A stretch of 64,000 nucleotides of DNA from Eledone cirrhosa (GCA_964016885.1 OZ024741.1:183954001-184018000); one strand, 5' to 3'; positions 1 to 13,222 are shown, numbered from the stretch's first letter. A program made the numbers and translations. The notes: generated from the sequence alone by a model not told the origin.

Positions 1-686
1 GTTTCCGCAATTCATTCACGTAATCTAGAACATTTTTGATAAATGAAGCTTGTTGAACGGACTCAGCTATAATAAGTTGAGAAATATGAATGCCGCAGTG
101 CACGTAATGGGCCAAATCAAGTTATGTTAGAATCTTTAAGAAGATCTTTAAAAAATATTCGTACGAATTAAATACAAATATAAAAAGTTTCAATCCAAAA
201 CAAAAGCAAACTATTTCAAAATATATAATTTTTGAAAAATAGACGTGAATGTTCTCAAAGACTTGATCTCAGTCGAAAGAGCTTTTTTTTAAAATTCTAT
301 ATTTCACTATTAGCTGTTGTAGTATTTCGATTGGATAAACAATTCTACAATTCAAACTGTAAAGTCAAAATACAAATGAAGTATTTCTTACCTTTCTCTG
401 AAATCACAAACCCAGGGGAAAAATAGTACCTTGCAAAATAAGATACCTCGTAGCAAAATAAAATATTTAGTAGCAAAAAATGAATTGAGAAGCTTGGTGA
501 CAGTGAGAAAGCAATATTTGTAGCCCTTATATATATACATAGATAGATACACACACACACACACACACACATAAACGCGCACGCACACAAACACATATAT
601 ACATACACACACACGTTTGTGCCTTGGTTTTGGTACAGAAAGAATTTTGACTCCAATTTTTATTGCCATGTCAAAGGCCACTGCTC

Positions 687-787
687 TTTACAACAACGCC
701 AAATAACACAACACGCCACCCAGCAATCGAGCCCACAACATTATAATCGTAAGTCCAACACCGTTACCACTAGGCCACGTGCCTCCA
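687..787 (-). mobile_element. tRNA-derived SINE head fragment
   Basis: Minus strand reads GGAGGCACGTGGCCTAGTGGTAACGGTGTTGGAC...GGGCTCGATTGC, i.e. A-box/B-box-like and degenerate; abuts (CA)n. Confidence 0.55.
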
Positions 788-817
788 CACACACACACAT
801 TCACATACACACACATC

Positions 818-880
<63 letters not shown>

Positions 881-995
881 GAAGAGAGAAAGAGGGAGGG
901 ACAGAGAGAGTAAGAAATGTGTGTGTGTGTGTGTGTGTGTGTTTGGTACACGTCTATCTATCTATCTATCATTCTATCTATGTATCTATCTCCAA

Positions 996-1392
996 CAGGG
1001 GGCTCAAACATGCGGCCCACGAACTACTTTTCTGTGAGAGGTGGTAGAACCAATATTTCATATCGCATTTTAACTGGTGAAAATAAGGCGGTGGAATCGT
1101 TAGCACATCTGGCGAAATGCTTAACGGTACTTCTTCCGTTTTTACGTTCTGAGTCCAAATTCCGCCGATCTCAACTTTGCCTTTCATCCTTTTGGGGTCG
1201 ATGAATTAAGTACCAGTTGTGTACTAGGATCGATCTAATAGACTGAACTCTAAACCCCAAATTTCATGCCTTGTTCCTATAGAAGAAATGATTATAACTG
1301 GTGAAAATCTTCACCCACCACCACGTTCGGCCCACTGTGCCTTTCCCCCAGGACGTAATGGCCCTTTTGTGTCCTTGAGTTTGAGACCCCTC
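996..1392. mobile_element. hAT(Charlie)-like MITE interrupted by a SINE
   Basis: Terminal inverted repeats CAGGGGGCTCAAAC (996) / GTTTGAGACCCCT (ending about 1391); internal GGCCC motifs. Confidence 0.5.
1085..1294 (+). mobile_element. tRNA-derived SINE with 14-bp target-site duplication
   Basis: Core TTGCCTTTCATCCT..GGGGTCGAT..AAGTACCAG shared with more than 10 copies in the window; flanked by TAACTGGTGAAAAT at 1071-1084 and 1295-1308. Confidence 0.85.
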
Positions 1393-1424
1393 TTCTACAC
1401 ACACACACACACATATATATACTT

Positions 1425-1679
1425 TACTTTTTTACTGTCTCTGGACTACGCCCATGCTGGAGCATCACCTTGGTAAGTTATGGGGACGTCAGCAAACCAA
1501 CAAGCATTGGTGGGAAGGCAAACACAAACGTAAAGACACACACAGAGATATATACATATATACGACAGGCTTCTTTAAGTTTAGGTCTATAAAATCCACT
1601 CACAGGGCTTTGGTCGGCCCGGGCAGTGGGACTGAACCCTGAAATAGGTGGTTGGGAAGCAAGCTTCTTGTCACACTCC
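1425..1679 (-). mobile_element. Second tRNA-derived SINE family, decayed
   Basis: Minus strand: AAGCTTGCTTCCCAACCAC...GGGTTCAGTCCCACTG...GGCCGACCAAAGCCCTGTGAGTGGATTT; related fragment at about 18440-18512. Confidence 0.6.
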
Positions 1680-1704
1680 GTATATATATATATATATACG
1701 GAGT

Positions 1705-1890
1705 AAGACGGTGAATTTGCAGTATCGGTAGAGGGTTGGACGCCATGCTTTCTAGCATAGTTACGTCCCTTTACTGTCTGAGTTCAAATCCCGTCGAGGT
1801 TAACTTTGCCTTTCATCCTTACGGGGTCGATAAAATAAAGTACCAGTAATGTACTGGTGATTTGCTGGCCTTGTGCTTAAAGTAGAAACA
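1705..1890 (+). mobile_element. tRNA-derived SINE, young subfamily
   Basis: GAGTTCAAATCCC B-box plus core. Near-identical copies at 17135-17315(+), 23939-24116(-), 43075-43235(+) and 47220-47408(+). Confidence 0.85.
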
Positions 1891-1926
<36 letters not shown>

Positions 1927-1929
<3 letters not shown>

Positions 1930-3479
1930 CAAGGTTTAGCAAATAGAGAAAAGGTTTAAAATAAATTAAAAAAAGTTCGCTGTACTTACTATATGTGCCT
2001 TTACCGCGCGGTTTCAAATCCCAAAATAAACAGATAATCCAAGCGGATTTTCATTGAGAAAAGGACTTTCGTCAGAAGGCTTTTCTCGCTCGGAGAATAT
2101 AAAATTCCCGAGCTCAAATCACAAACTGGCGCCATACAAAACCGTTCCCGAATAAGAGTGAATGAGGAAAGAAACAATTTTGCCTAGTGCCGTGTGTAAA
2201 GACAAAAGGCAGGGCTACTAAAAATAGCAGCAGTTCAAACAACCAAAAGTTATCTCAACCTTAGGGGTGATAAATAATAAAGTATGTGTTCCTACGTGTA
2301 AAAAATAGATATAGGGATACAAGTATTATCCAACCGTATGCCAATGTGGTTCTATGGCAGGTTAATAAATCAACAAGCCAGAACATATAAAATCAAGGTT
2401 TAGCAAATAGAGAAAAGGTTTAAAATAAATTTTAAAAAGTTCGTTGTACTTACTATATGTGCCTTTACCGCGCGGTTTCAAATCCCAAAATAAACAGATA
2501 ATCCAAGCGGATTTTCATTGAGAAAAGGACTTTCGTCAGAAGGCTTTTCTCGCTCGGAGAATATAAAATTCCCGAGTTCAAATCACAAACTGGCGCCATA
2601 CAAATCTATTCCCGAATGAGGAAAGAAACAATTTTGCCTAGTGCCGGACAGGTCAATGTCCTGCTACTAAAGAAACAATTTTGCCTAGGGCGGACAGGTC
2701 AATGTACTGCTACTAAAAATAGCAGCAGTTCAAACGACCAAAAGTTATCTCAACCTTAGGGGGGATTAATAATAAAGTATGTGTTCCTTTTGTCTTTACA
2801 CACGGAAACAGGCAAAATTGTTTCTTTCCTCATTCACTCTGATTCGGGAACAGTTTTGTATGGGACCAGTTTGTGATTTGAACTCGGGAATTTTATATTC
2901 TCCGAGCGAGAAAAGCCTTCTGACGAAAGTCCTTTTCTCAATAGAAATCTGCTTGGATTATCTGTTTATTTTGGGATTTGAAACCGCGCGGTAAAGGCAC
3001 ATATAGTAAGTACAGCGAACTTTTAAAAATTTATTTTAAACCTTTTCTCTATTTGCTAAACCTTGATTTTATATGTTCCCACATACTTTATTATTAATCT
3101 CCCCTAAGGTTGAGATAATTTTGGTCGTTTGAACTGCTGCTATTTTTAGTAGCAGGATATTGACGTGTCCGCCCAGCCTTTTTGTCTTTGCACACGGCAC
3201 TAGGCAAAATTGTTTCTTTCCTCATTCACTCTCATTCGGGAACAGTTTTATATGGCGCCATTTTGTGATTTGAACTCGGGAATCTGCGCGGTAAAGGCAC
3301 ATATAGTAAGTACAGCGAATTTTTTAAAATTTATTTTAAACCTTTTCTCTATTTGCTAAACCTTGATTTTATATGTTCTGGCTCGATAATTTATTAACCT
3401 GCCATAGAACCACATTGGTATACGGTTGGACAATACTTGTATCCCTATATGTATTTTTTACACTTAGGAACACATACCT

Positions 3480-3482
<3 letters not shown>
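1927..3482. mobile_element. Non-coding PLE pLTR/retrozyme-like repeat: about 464-bp unit in tandem, then inverted
   Basis: AATCAAGGTTTAGCAAATAGAG at 1927 and about 2391; reverse-complement copies at 2790-3482; bounded by (TA)n on both sides; carries hammerheads. Confidence 0.8.
2915..2998 (+). ncRNA. Type I hammerhead ribozyme, family A
   Basis: gcctt-CTGACGA-aagtcc..ggattt-GAAAC-cgcgcg-GTA-aaggc; stem III ACCGCGCGGT is a palindrome. Minus-strand copies at 1997-2080 and 2461-2544. Confidence 0.85.
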
Positions 3483-3544
<62 letters not shown>

Positions 3545-3546
<2 letters not shown>

Positions 3547-4666
3547 TTATTAAAATAACAGATTAAAGTTTAAGCAAAGAATCGGTGCTTTCACCCTTAA
3601 CGGGATCTTCTGAAACATAAAAAATCAATCTGCGAACGCATATATTTTATGTTTATACCATTACTTATTTGTATAGGTAAGTATATATCACCTGTATGTT
3701 TTGTGAAGTACGTATACTTTCACGTACGTATATTTGCTTGTGTTTGTTATAGGTGTGAATATTATATTATATATACTCGTACATGTGTATATATGGTTAT
3801 GTGTATACGTGTATTTTGCGTTTGTGTGTGTATGCGGGTTTGCACGTATGTAGGGTGTGGATATGTGTACTTTGTGTTTTGGTTGACGTACGTTTAGCGA
3901 ACATATGTGGATTTACCTGCAGGTAGGGGCGTGTGCGCTACGTTATATACGTTTTTATGTGTGTATATTTATAAACGTTTATATAATTATATGTATACAC
4001 GTACACACACTCACATATATATATATATTTTTAATATATTTTGTTATGTGTATTTGGTGTATACGTTCGTATGTGTGCGGGTACAGGTGTTGCGCGGGTT
4101 TTTGTATGTGTGAGCGTGTTTTTGTGTACGTGCTTGTATATGCATACCATGGCGGGTGTTTTCACGTATGCATGTGTATGCACGAGTATGGATGCGTGTA
4201 TGTATATATTTAATTATTGTTGATTTCAATAACCTCTGTAATTTATTTACATTATTCTTAACTCTGAAGCCGAGAATCATTCGATTTCCTAAATAGAATA
4301 TTAGTCTACGACTTCATTTATACCGTAAACGTGGTTTTGTCTTTGCGTGTAATTGTTCTCACCGATCCAAATAATGACGTATTATCTTAGCTTTTTTCCG
4401 TTCATTGCCAGGGAACGTCTCCACGAACCAAAGTATCATCTTCCTGTTTTCCTTCAGTTGCAACGTTTTTCGAAATATTTACTTCTGCGTTCGCAGATTG
4501 ACTTTTTTAGTTTCAGAAGATCCCGTTAAGAGAGAAAGCACCGATTCTTTGCTTAAACTTTAATTTGTTATATTAATAAATATTTGCTCTACGGTTCTTA
4601 TATATTTGATATATATTTATCCTTATCGAGCCCTCTTTGGATTTTAGTCTTCAAATTTATTATTAT

Positions 4667-4670
<4 letters not shown>
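3545..4670 (+). mobile_element. PLE 3' UTR/pLTR fragment with 5' inverted piece (same family as the 56.5-59.5 kb element)
   Basis: 3640-4670 is a diverged reverse complement of about 56530-57560; 3545-3640 is an inverted copy of 4485-4580; flanked by (TA)n. Confidence 0.75.
4509..4559 (+). ncRNA. Hammerhead-like motif with variant core CAGAAGA, family B
   Basis: agttt-CAGAAGA-tccc gttaa g(a/g)g(a/t/g)-GAAA-gca..tgc-TT-aaact. Other copies at 3567-3617(-), 56638-56688(-), 58679-58729(+), 58902-58952(-). Confidence 0.6.
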
Positions 4671-4746
<76 letters not shown>

Positions 4747-5041
4747 TATCAAATTAACAATGACAATACAAAACAAAATCAAGTTACTTTATGACTTTGT
4801 TTTTATGTTGTTTTTATTTTTATTGTCAATTTAATACCTAATATCTGACTCTGTATCTAAAGAATTAATTCAGCGAAACACAGAACTTCTCTGTGGATTT
4901 TAGAAGATTACACTGAGTTCTATCTACGGTATGGACCCTACCACCAGAGGTAGACCAGACTGAAAAAGGAAAATGTATATATATATATATTAATATTAAA
5001 ATACAAATATTAATTAAATAGATGTTCTTTTTATCAATTAC

Positions 5042-5088
5042 ATTTTATTATACATATTTCTGTACAGTACGTCCTCATCAGACAAAAT
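5042..5088 (-). ncRNA. Type I hammerhead ribozyme, family C
   Basis: attttgt-CTGATGA-ggacgtactgtaca-GAAA-tatgta-TA-ataaaat; related to the motif at 38800-38863. Confidence 0.7.
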
Positions 5089-5199
5089 ATAATGATATAT
5101 GACATACCCTGAGATGTTAAATGGTTAATATTTAATCAAGGTAGTGATTAACCCAAGAGAAAGTTTAACATTTATACCCTAATAATGAGAAAATGCGAA

Positions 5200-5678
5200 A
5201 ACGTAATAAATTCAATAGAGAATGTGTGAGTAAGAAAAACGTTGCTTAATGTAACAGTTATAGGGATTTTAAAATGTATGATACTACAATTTATCAGGGA
5301 AAGCGGTCAATGAGAGGCGCTGAGCTAATATATATATAGAGAGAGAATATATGTAGAAGGAGATTTTCCGCAAGTTAAACGGTTAAGTTTGAAAATATTT
5401 AATTTATGCTATTTTAGGGTGAAGAGTCAAGATTTTAGGGGTTTTTTTTAAATTGCAGGTTATTTATTAGTTTTGTAAATTCAATAAGTGTTTTAACATT
5501 TCTAAACTTCAGAATTGTATGATGATAACTTTTAAAGGATTTAGCTGGCCAGCGGAAAATAAAGTTTACTCTATCGAATATTTTTCTAAATGTAAGTTTT
5601 ACCGGAGGTATTCATTGTCAACTCATATAGTACGTAAATCTTTTGAAGTATTTATTGTTAGAAATATTTAAATAACTA
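5200..5678 (-). pseudogene. Possible decayed PLE GIY-YIG endonuclease remnant
   Basis: Minus strand translates VLYELTMNTSGKTYI*, resembling GIY...YIG; lies upstream of and in the same sense as the HHR at 5042-5088. Confidence 0.3.
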
Positions 5679-5679
5679 G

Positions 5680-5748
<69 letters not shown>

Positions 5749-5749
<1 letters not shown>

Positions 5750-6524
5750 AGTAAAAATTAGCGAGAATCGAATTTCAGCTCACGAATTGACGATAAACAC
5801 TTCCGAGTTGTGCAGCAAGCGCTCGATAATTCATATGAATTAGAGTTTACAACTTACGTTAAAGGCCAAACACACTGATACGGTGGTTAAACTAATCATC
5901 CGCACAGCGAAAAATCGACCGCCTAATTCGGGTCAAACAGATATACAAGTATAAAAATATATAAAAATATATATGGTTGAATATTTACCCGGACCCCTGG
6001 AACGATGGTAAAATCCAGTATTTGGGTTTCTGCGGTTCCATAAGTCATTTACTGTCCGCTTACATAAAGGATGTTAGGCTTCTGGTACTATGACTGAACT
6101 GGGAGTACGCGTTATCAACGGGATTCAGTTCGAATGTCCACATAAATGTGTCTGTAACTGACCCCACGTGGGGTTCAGCAAGGGAGGCAACACCTATATT
6201 AGGCGAATGAATTCAGTTGTGTATAATATTGCGAAAATGCAAAATATCACAAATCGAATAAAGCTCTCGACAGAGTGGTTAAATATAACAAAACTATTCA
6301 ACAGTCAATAGAATAAACCAAAAACAATCGATAATATTAACTAGCCAATAGTTGGACTCTGGAGATTAATACAAGTAAAAATTAGCGAGAATCGAATTTC
6401 AGCTCAGGAATTGACGATAAACACTTCCGAGTTGTGCGGCAAGCGCTCAATAATTCATATGAATTAGAGCTTACAACTTACGGTAAAGGCCAAACACACT
6501 GATATGGTGGTTAAACTAATCATC
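5749..6524 (-). mobile_element. pLTR-like element: 152-bp direct repeats (5749-5900, 6373-6524) in (TA)n
   Basis: Near-identical AAGTAAAAATTAGCGAG...CTAATCATC repeats, period 624; minus strand has a degenerate HHR-like GATGA-tagttta...tgagct-GAAA-ttcgat-TC. Confidence 0.6.
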
Positions 6525-6894
6525 GTATATATATATATAATGAGCCTGTATATTTTAAGTAAATGATAACGAAAATAAAAATAAAAGTAAGATAATAGAT
6601 TTAGGCATGCTAAAGTTAAATATATACGTATATATAAAATGGTGTAAATGCATTCATTATTCATAGTTCAAAATAAATGATAATCAATAAATTTAACTAA
6701 AAATTATGTATAGAATGATATATGGAGGTTTATATGGATATAAATTAGGTATTATTGATATAAATTATGTATTATTGATACAGTATACTTTAGGTAAATG
6801 ATAACAGTTATAATTTTATATAAAAAGGTTCGAAACGTGTTATATCTACTGTAAAACTCATTCTTTGATATACTCATTGAATATTGTTTAACTC

Positions 6895-6992
<98 letters not shown>

Positions 6993-7120
6993 ATAAATAT
7001 ATTATACACACACACAGACACATATATATATCCTTACACACTTAAATATAAATGCATGTATATATACAAATGTATAAATGCATAGCTATATACGTACGTA
7101 AATGTATGTATGTATACATG

Positions 7121-7202
<82 letters not shown>

Positions 7203-7205
<3 letters not shown>

Positions 7206-7850
7206 CGTTTCTGAATTTGTTTAGCAAGATTCTTTATCTGAAATCGTGTGTTGAAACCGATATTGTTATACTTTGGGAGGGTCATGTTGCCAATAAGAAA
7301 CACACGCACCAGTTGCTTTCACTTCAATTTATTATATATTTATAAATTTACAAATTTACAAATCTACAAACTTATAAATTTCTGGTTGGTTGGTTGGTTC
7401 CACAACCAGATAGTTGTTTATATATAGTCATAGTCCTTTCGTCACACACTCTGTGACCTCTTCAGTGACTGGGGATTCCTTTCTTTGTTTCTGTGCCTTT
7501 CCTTTCTTCTGTCCTACGCCATTTTGTTTCTGTGTGTGTGTTGTGTGCTCAGTTTGCGCATGCGCCACATCCGGGTGTCTGTGTGTGTTTGTGTTCATTT
7601 ATCTATTTGTTTATTTATTTATTTATTTATTTACATGTTGTTGGTTGGTTGTTTGTTCTATGTGTGTGTGTGTTTTCATTTTGTCCTTAATTGTAAGTTG
7701 TGATGTTGCTGTTCCACTCATATTTTCTATTTAATTTTGGTTGTAATTCTTTTATGCTTACTGCCTCTGTAATTTGCCTAAACATTGCATCTTTTCTGTG
7801 TGTGGATTCTATTTTTATTTCTATGTTCTCTAATTTACTCTAATTTAATT
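7203..7850 (-). mobile_element. PLE pLTR-like repeat, family D
   Basis: 7203-7550 is nearly identical to 44533-44881 and partly to 23461-23563; always starts at a (TA)n edge. Confidence 0.75.
7426..7470 (-). ncRNA. Type I hammerhead ribozyme, family D
   Basis: agtca-CTGAAGA-g gtcac agagtgt gtgac-GAAA-ggac-TA-tgact; second copy at 44756-44800(-). Confidence 0.75.
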
Positions 7851-8394
7851 ATATATATATATAAATCTACATACATATATACATACATACATTTACCTAT
7901 GTATATAGCTATGCATTTGTATATATGCATGCATTTTTATTTAAGTGTGTAAGGATGTTGACATGATTTATGTTTTGTATTTTTTGGTAAGTAGAACATT
8001 TTGGCTCCAGATTTTATTACCTAGGGAAATTATATACCACAGCTCTGGCTGAAAGCTGACCAGGTTCTCAACCTCATCTCATCAAACAAAATGTATGTAT
8101 GTATGTACGTATGCATGTGTGTGTATGTTCGTATGTATGTATATGTATACACCAACACCTTTCACCACCATTGCTTCTTTTTGTTGTCATTTCTGTTGAA
8201 GTTGTTCTTGTACCTGTTGTAAAAGTTGATGTCCTTACTTTCAATTTCTTTGATTTCTTTTGTTTTTCTTTTATCTCCCTAGGGAATTCGTTGACAAGCT
8301 TCTTTTATTTATTTTCTTCGTTTTCTTCATTCAAATGCATTCACACTGGCTGTCTAAGAGACTTACAAATATGACTAATAAAACTTACCAAACT

Positions 8395-8530
8395 AAAAGG
8401 GCTTCCAGCGCTCCTCTAGCGCCCCCAATGCTTCAAACGCCCCTGTAACGCCCCCTTGCTTCAAAACGCCCCCCTGGAACTCCGAAACGCCGCCCTTCGG
8501 GGCATATCCACCCCGTTGAGAACCTTTGGT
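8395..8530. mobile_element. hAT/Charlie-like MITE end with ACGCCCC subterminal repeats
   Basis: Ends GTTGAGAACCTTTG next to GTCTAGAG (NTCTAGAN-type target); several AACGCCCC repeats. Confidence 0.45.
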
Positions 8531-8874
8531 CTAGAGGATCAGCAGGTGTCGTGTCTCTGACCAAGTCTAACATTCTCAACACTACAACCACTACCACTAC
8601 CACTACAGCCATCAGTAGCAGCAGCCACAACAGTAGTATCAATATCAACATCAGTATCTGCTGGACAATAGAGAGAATAAAACATGTCCAGACGGGAGAC
8701 TGTGATCAGAGCGTTACATGTCATTCTAGCCAACACGATTCATCTCTATATGTTGAGGTGTGCAGTATAATCCTCACCTAAATAGAGATATGATTATTTT
8801 GAGAAGAGGATCTGTGATTCACGCAGTCTTTAGACCAACTCCCTGTTATTGGATCAAAGCTCACCAAAAAGTTA

Positions 8875-9205
8875 CACACCCCACCTCCGCCAACACCACC
8901 TCCACCACCACCAGATCCACCACGACATTCACCACCACATCCCCCACCAACTCCAACACCACTGCCGCCACAACGAACAGCGGGAATAAAATACCCACCA
9001 CCACCACCACCACATCCACCACCAACTCCAACACCACTGCCGCCACAACAAACAGCGGCAATAAAATACCCACCACCATTACTAACCACACCAGCACCAT
9101 TACTATCCCCCAATATTACCATCATCATCACCACCACCACCACCACAACAGATGCCGCCACCAACACCACCACCAACACTGCCGCAACAACGAGCAGTGG
9201 CAATA
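8875..9205. repeat. (CCA/CAC)n low-complexity tract with an internal duplicated segment
   Basis: CCAACTCCAACACCACTGCCGCCACAAC..AATAAAATACCCACCA occurs twice. Confidence 0.8.
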
Positions 9206-9242
9206 AGACACCTTCCACTCAATTGGACAATATATTGTTAAA

Positions 9243-11472
9243 AAGGTAAGATAATTTTATGTTAATGAGGTTGGGCAATGTTATATTAATGAGATTAGAT
9301 AATTTTATGTTAATGAGGTAAGATGATTTTATGTTCATGAGGTTGGGCAATATTATGTTAATGCGGTAGGACAATTTTATGTTAATGAGGTAAGATAATA
9401 TTGTTAATGAGGTACAATAATTTTATGTTAATGAGGTAGGACTATATTATGTTAATGAGATAAAATAATTATATGTTAATGAGTTTGGACAATATTATGT
9501 TAATGAGGTAAGATAATTTTATGTTAATGAGGTTGGACAATATTATGTTAATGTTGTAGGACAATATTATGTTAATGAGGTACAATAATTTTATGTTAAT
9601 GAGGTAGGACTATATTATGTTAATGAGGTAGGACAATATTATGTAAATGAGGTAAGATAATTTTATGTTAATGATGTAGGGTAATTATACGTTAATGATG
9701 TAGGAGAATATTATGTCAATGAGGTAATATATTTTATGTTAATGAGGTTGGACAATATTATGTTAATGAGGTAGGACAATATTATGTTATTGAGGTAAGA
9801 TAATATTATGTTAATGAGGTATAATAATTTTATGTTAATGAGCTAGGACAATATTATGTTAATGAGGTACAATAATTTATGCTAATGAGTTTGGACGATA
9901 TTATGTTAATGAGGTAAGATAATTTTATGTTAATGAGGTACAAAAATATTATGTTAATGAGGTAGGACAATATTATATTAATGAGGTAAGATAATTTTAT
10001 GTTAATGAGGTAGGACAATATTATGTTAATGAGGTAAGATAATTTTATGTTAATGAGATTGGACAATATTATGTTAATGAGGTAAGATGTTTTATGTTAA
10101 TGAGTTTGGACAATATTATATTAATGAGGTAAGATAATTTTATGTTCATGAGGTTGGGCAATATTATGTTAATGAGGTAGGACAATATTATGTTAATGAG
10201 GTAAGATAATATTATGTTAATGAGGTACAATAATTTTATGTTAATGAGGTAGGACTATATTATGTTAAAGTGATAACATAATTATATGTTAATGAGTTTG
10301 GACAATATTATGTTAATGAGGTAAGATAATTTCATGTTAATGAGGTAGAACAATATTATATTAATGAGGTAGGACAATATTATATTAATGAGGTAAGATA
10401 ATTTTATGTTAATGAGGTAGGACAATATTATGTAAATGAGGTAATTAATTTTATGTTAATGAGGTAGGGTAATTTTACGTTAATGAGGTAGGAGAATATT
10501 ATGTTAATGAGGTAGGACAATATTATGTTAATGACGTAAGATAATATTATGTTAATGAGGTATAATAATTTTATGTTAATGAGCTAGGACAATATTATGT
10601 TAATGAGGTACAATAATTTATGCTAATGAGTTTGGCCAATATTATGTTAATGAGGTAAGATAATTTTATGTTAATGAGGTAGAACAATATTATGTTAATG
10701 AGGTAGGACAATATTATATTAATGAGGTAAGATAATTTTATGTTAATCGGGTAGGACAATATTATGTTAATGAGGTAAGGTAATTTTATATTAATGTGGT
10801 ATGATAATTTTACGTTAATGAGGTAGGAGAATATTATGTTAAGGAGGTAAGATAATTATATGTTAATGAGGTTGGACAATATTATGTTAATGAGGTAGGA
10901 CAATATTATGTTAATGATGTAAGATAATATCACGTTAATGAGGTACAATCATTTTATGTTAATGAGGTACAATATTATGTTAATGAGGTACAATAATTTA
11001 TGTTAATGAATTTGGCCAATATTATGTTAATGAGGTAAGATAATGTTAAGTTAATGAGGTAGGACAATATTATGTTAATGAGGTAGGACAATATTATGTT
11101 AATGAGGTAAGATAATTTTATGTTAATGAGGTAGGACAATATTATGTTAATGAAGTAAGATAATTTTATGGTAATGAGGTAGGACAATATTATGTTAACG
11201 AAGTAGTACAATATTATATTAATGAGTTAAGATAATTTTATGTTAATGAGGTAGGACAATATGATGTTAATGAGGTAAGATAATTTTACGTTAATGAGGT
11301 AGGACAATATGATGTTAATGAGGTAAGATAATTTTACGTTAATGAGGTAGGAGAATATTATGTTAAGGAGGTAAGATAATGTTATGTTAATGAGGTAGGA
11401 CAATTTCATGTTAATGAAGTAGGACAATATTCTGTCTATGAGGTAAGATAATTTTATGTTAATGAGGTAATA
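9243..11472. repeat. 24-bp minisatellite, about 90 copies
   Basis: Unit TTATGTTAATGAGGTAGGACAATA alternates with variant TTATGTTAATGAGGTAAGATAATT; about 3 inverted units at 11485-11553. Confidence 0.95.
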
Positions 11473-11724
11473 ATGATTAATATACATTTATCCTACTTCA
11501 TTAACCTAAAATAATCTTACCTCATTAAAATAATGTTGTCCTACCTCATTAACAAATAGTATCGACAACATAGCAACATCAATAACAACAACAGCAACTA
11601 CCACCATAACAGCAAACATTACAAGAGCAAAAGCAACAACAGCAGTTATTAAAACAGAAGCAATAAAATCATCAACAATAATAGTCGAAACTACAAAAAT
11701 TACAAGAACAACTTGCCAATGAAA

Positions 11725-11900
11725 GTGCCTCAATGCAGTCACTCAGTCTACTAGAAATAGTAGCCAAATTAACCACAAATTGTACCCTGATGTCTAAAAA
11801 AGAAGGTTCACATTGGATATGCAGTTTGAAGCATACAAACAGGCGTGATAGTCAAGGATGGAATGTCTTTGATTATCGTCCATTAGGCTTACCGATAACT
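11725..11900 (+). mobile_element. Old dispersed SINE-like repeat
   Basis: GTCACTC..CTAGAAATAGTAGCCAAAT..ACCCT.. motif also seen at about 28615-28790(+), 18220-18400(-) and 27740-27890(-). Confidence 0.5.
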
Positions 11901-11944
11901 ATAACAAACTTTTCAAAACGACTACACCATCAGATTTAGAACCG

Positions 11945-12730
11945 CAAAAGCAACCATCACCGCCACCACGAGGACCACAACCACCATCACCACCACCACC
12001 ACTAATACCACCACCACTACCACCAGTAACAACAACTCACCCCTCCAAGAACACACCACTACCACCTCCACAACGACCACTCCCCCACCACAACCACCCG
12101 CAACATCACCACCACTACCACCATCACTACCACCACCAACAACAACTCACCCCTCCAAGAACGCACTACTATCACCACCGCAGACAACAGCCATTACCGC
12201 CGCCACCACCACCACCACTACCACCACTACCATCAGCAACAACAACTCACCCCTCCAAGAACCCAGCACTACCACCGCCAGAACGACCACTCCTCTACCC
12301 AAACCACCACCACCACCACCACCACCACCACCAACTCACCCCCTCCAAAAATCTCCTCCACAGCACCACCACAACCACTGCCACCACCACCACCAACTCA
12401 CCCCCTCCAAAATTCCCCTCCACAGCACCACCACAACCACTGCCACCACCACCACCACCACCACCACTACTACCAACGCACCCCGTCTCAAGAACCCTCT
12501 ACGCGCCCGCCACCACCACACCACCAACTCACACCCTCCAAAAATCCACCTCCCCAACACACACAGCAACACCACCACGACCACTGCCACCACCACTACA
12601 ACCATCATCAACGCCACAACCACGACCACCACCACCAACACCACCAATACCAACGAACCCCCTTCTAAGAACACTTCTCCACCACCACTACTATAACAAC
12701 AACGACAACAAGAGTAACAAGAGTAACAAG
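11945..12730. repeat. CCA-rich degenerate tandem repeat
   Basis: Recurrent CAACTCACCCCTCCAAGAAC/AAAAT motif separated by (CCA)n. Confidence 0.85.
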
Positions 12731-12974
12731 TTCAAAGAGAACTCAATGTCTGTCCGAGTGATCAAACTCCAAAGCCAAACTCTAAATCCAGCAACAATCA
12801 TGTCTTTTTTGTGTTTTTCTTCCTACATATTTACTATTTTAGTATACTATATTGTATTAAATATTAGTGTTTCATTGAATGACTACATTAATTTATATGA
12901 CGCCATTGTATGCTGGGTTGTAAGTAGGGGATAGATGTGATTTTATTAGTGTTAGCTTGAATTAGTGTGTATCC

Positions 12975-13036
<62 letters not shown>

Positions 13037-13158
13037 ATATCTAACTATCCATTTTACACGTTTTTATTGTATGTAAACTTCCCCCTTTGTATTTGTCCCC
13101 TTCTTTTGTGCCCCTGTGGCTAATAAAGAAATATATCTATCTAACTATCTATCTATCC

Positions 13159-13222
<64 letters not shown>

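Noticed and set aside
687-787. Functional tRNA gene
   Set aside because: Only the A/B-box-like head is present; acceptor stem and T arm are not intact, so it is SINE-derived.
8760-9218. Mucin-like Thr/His-rich or Gly-rich ORFs
   Set aside because: Explained by (CCA)n low complexity; no splice or domain support.
9243-11472. CRISPR-like array or LINIILSY repeat protein
   Set aside because: Head-to-tail 24-mers without unique spacers; no cas genes; eukaryotic context; frames are interrupted by stops.
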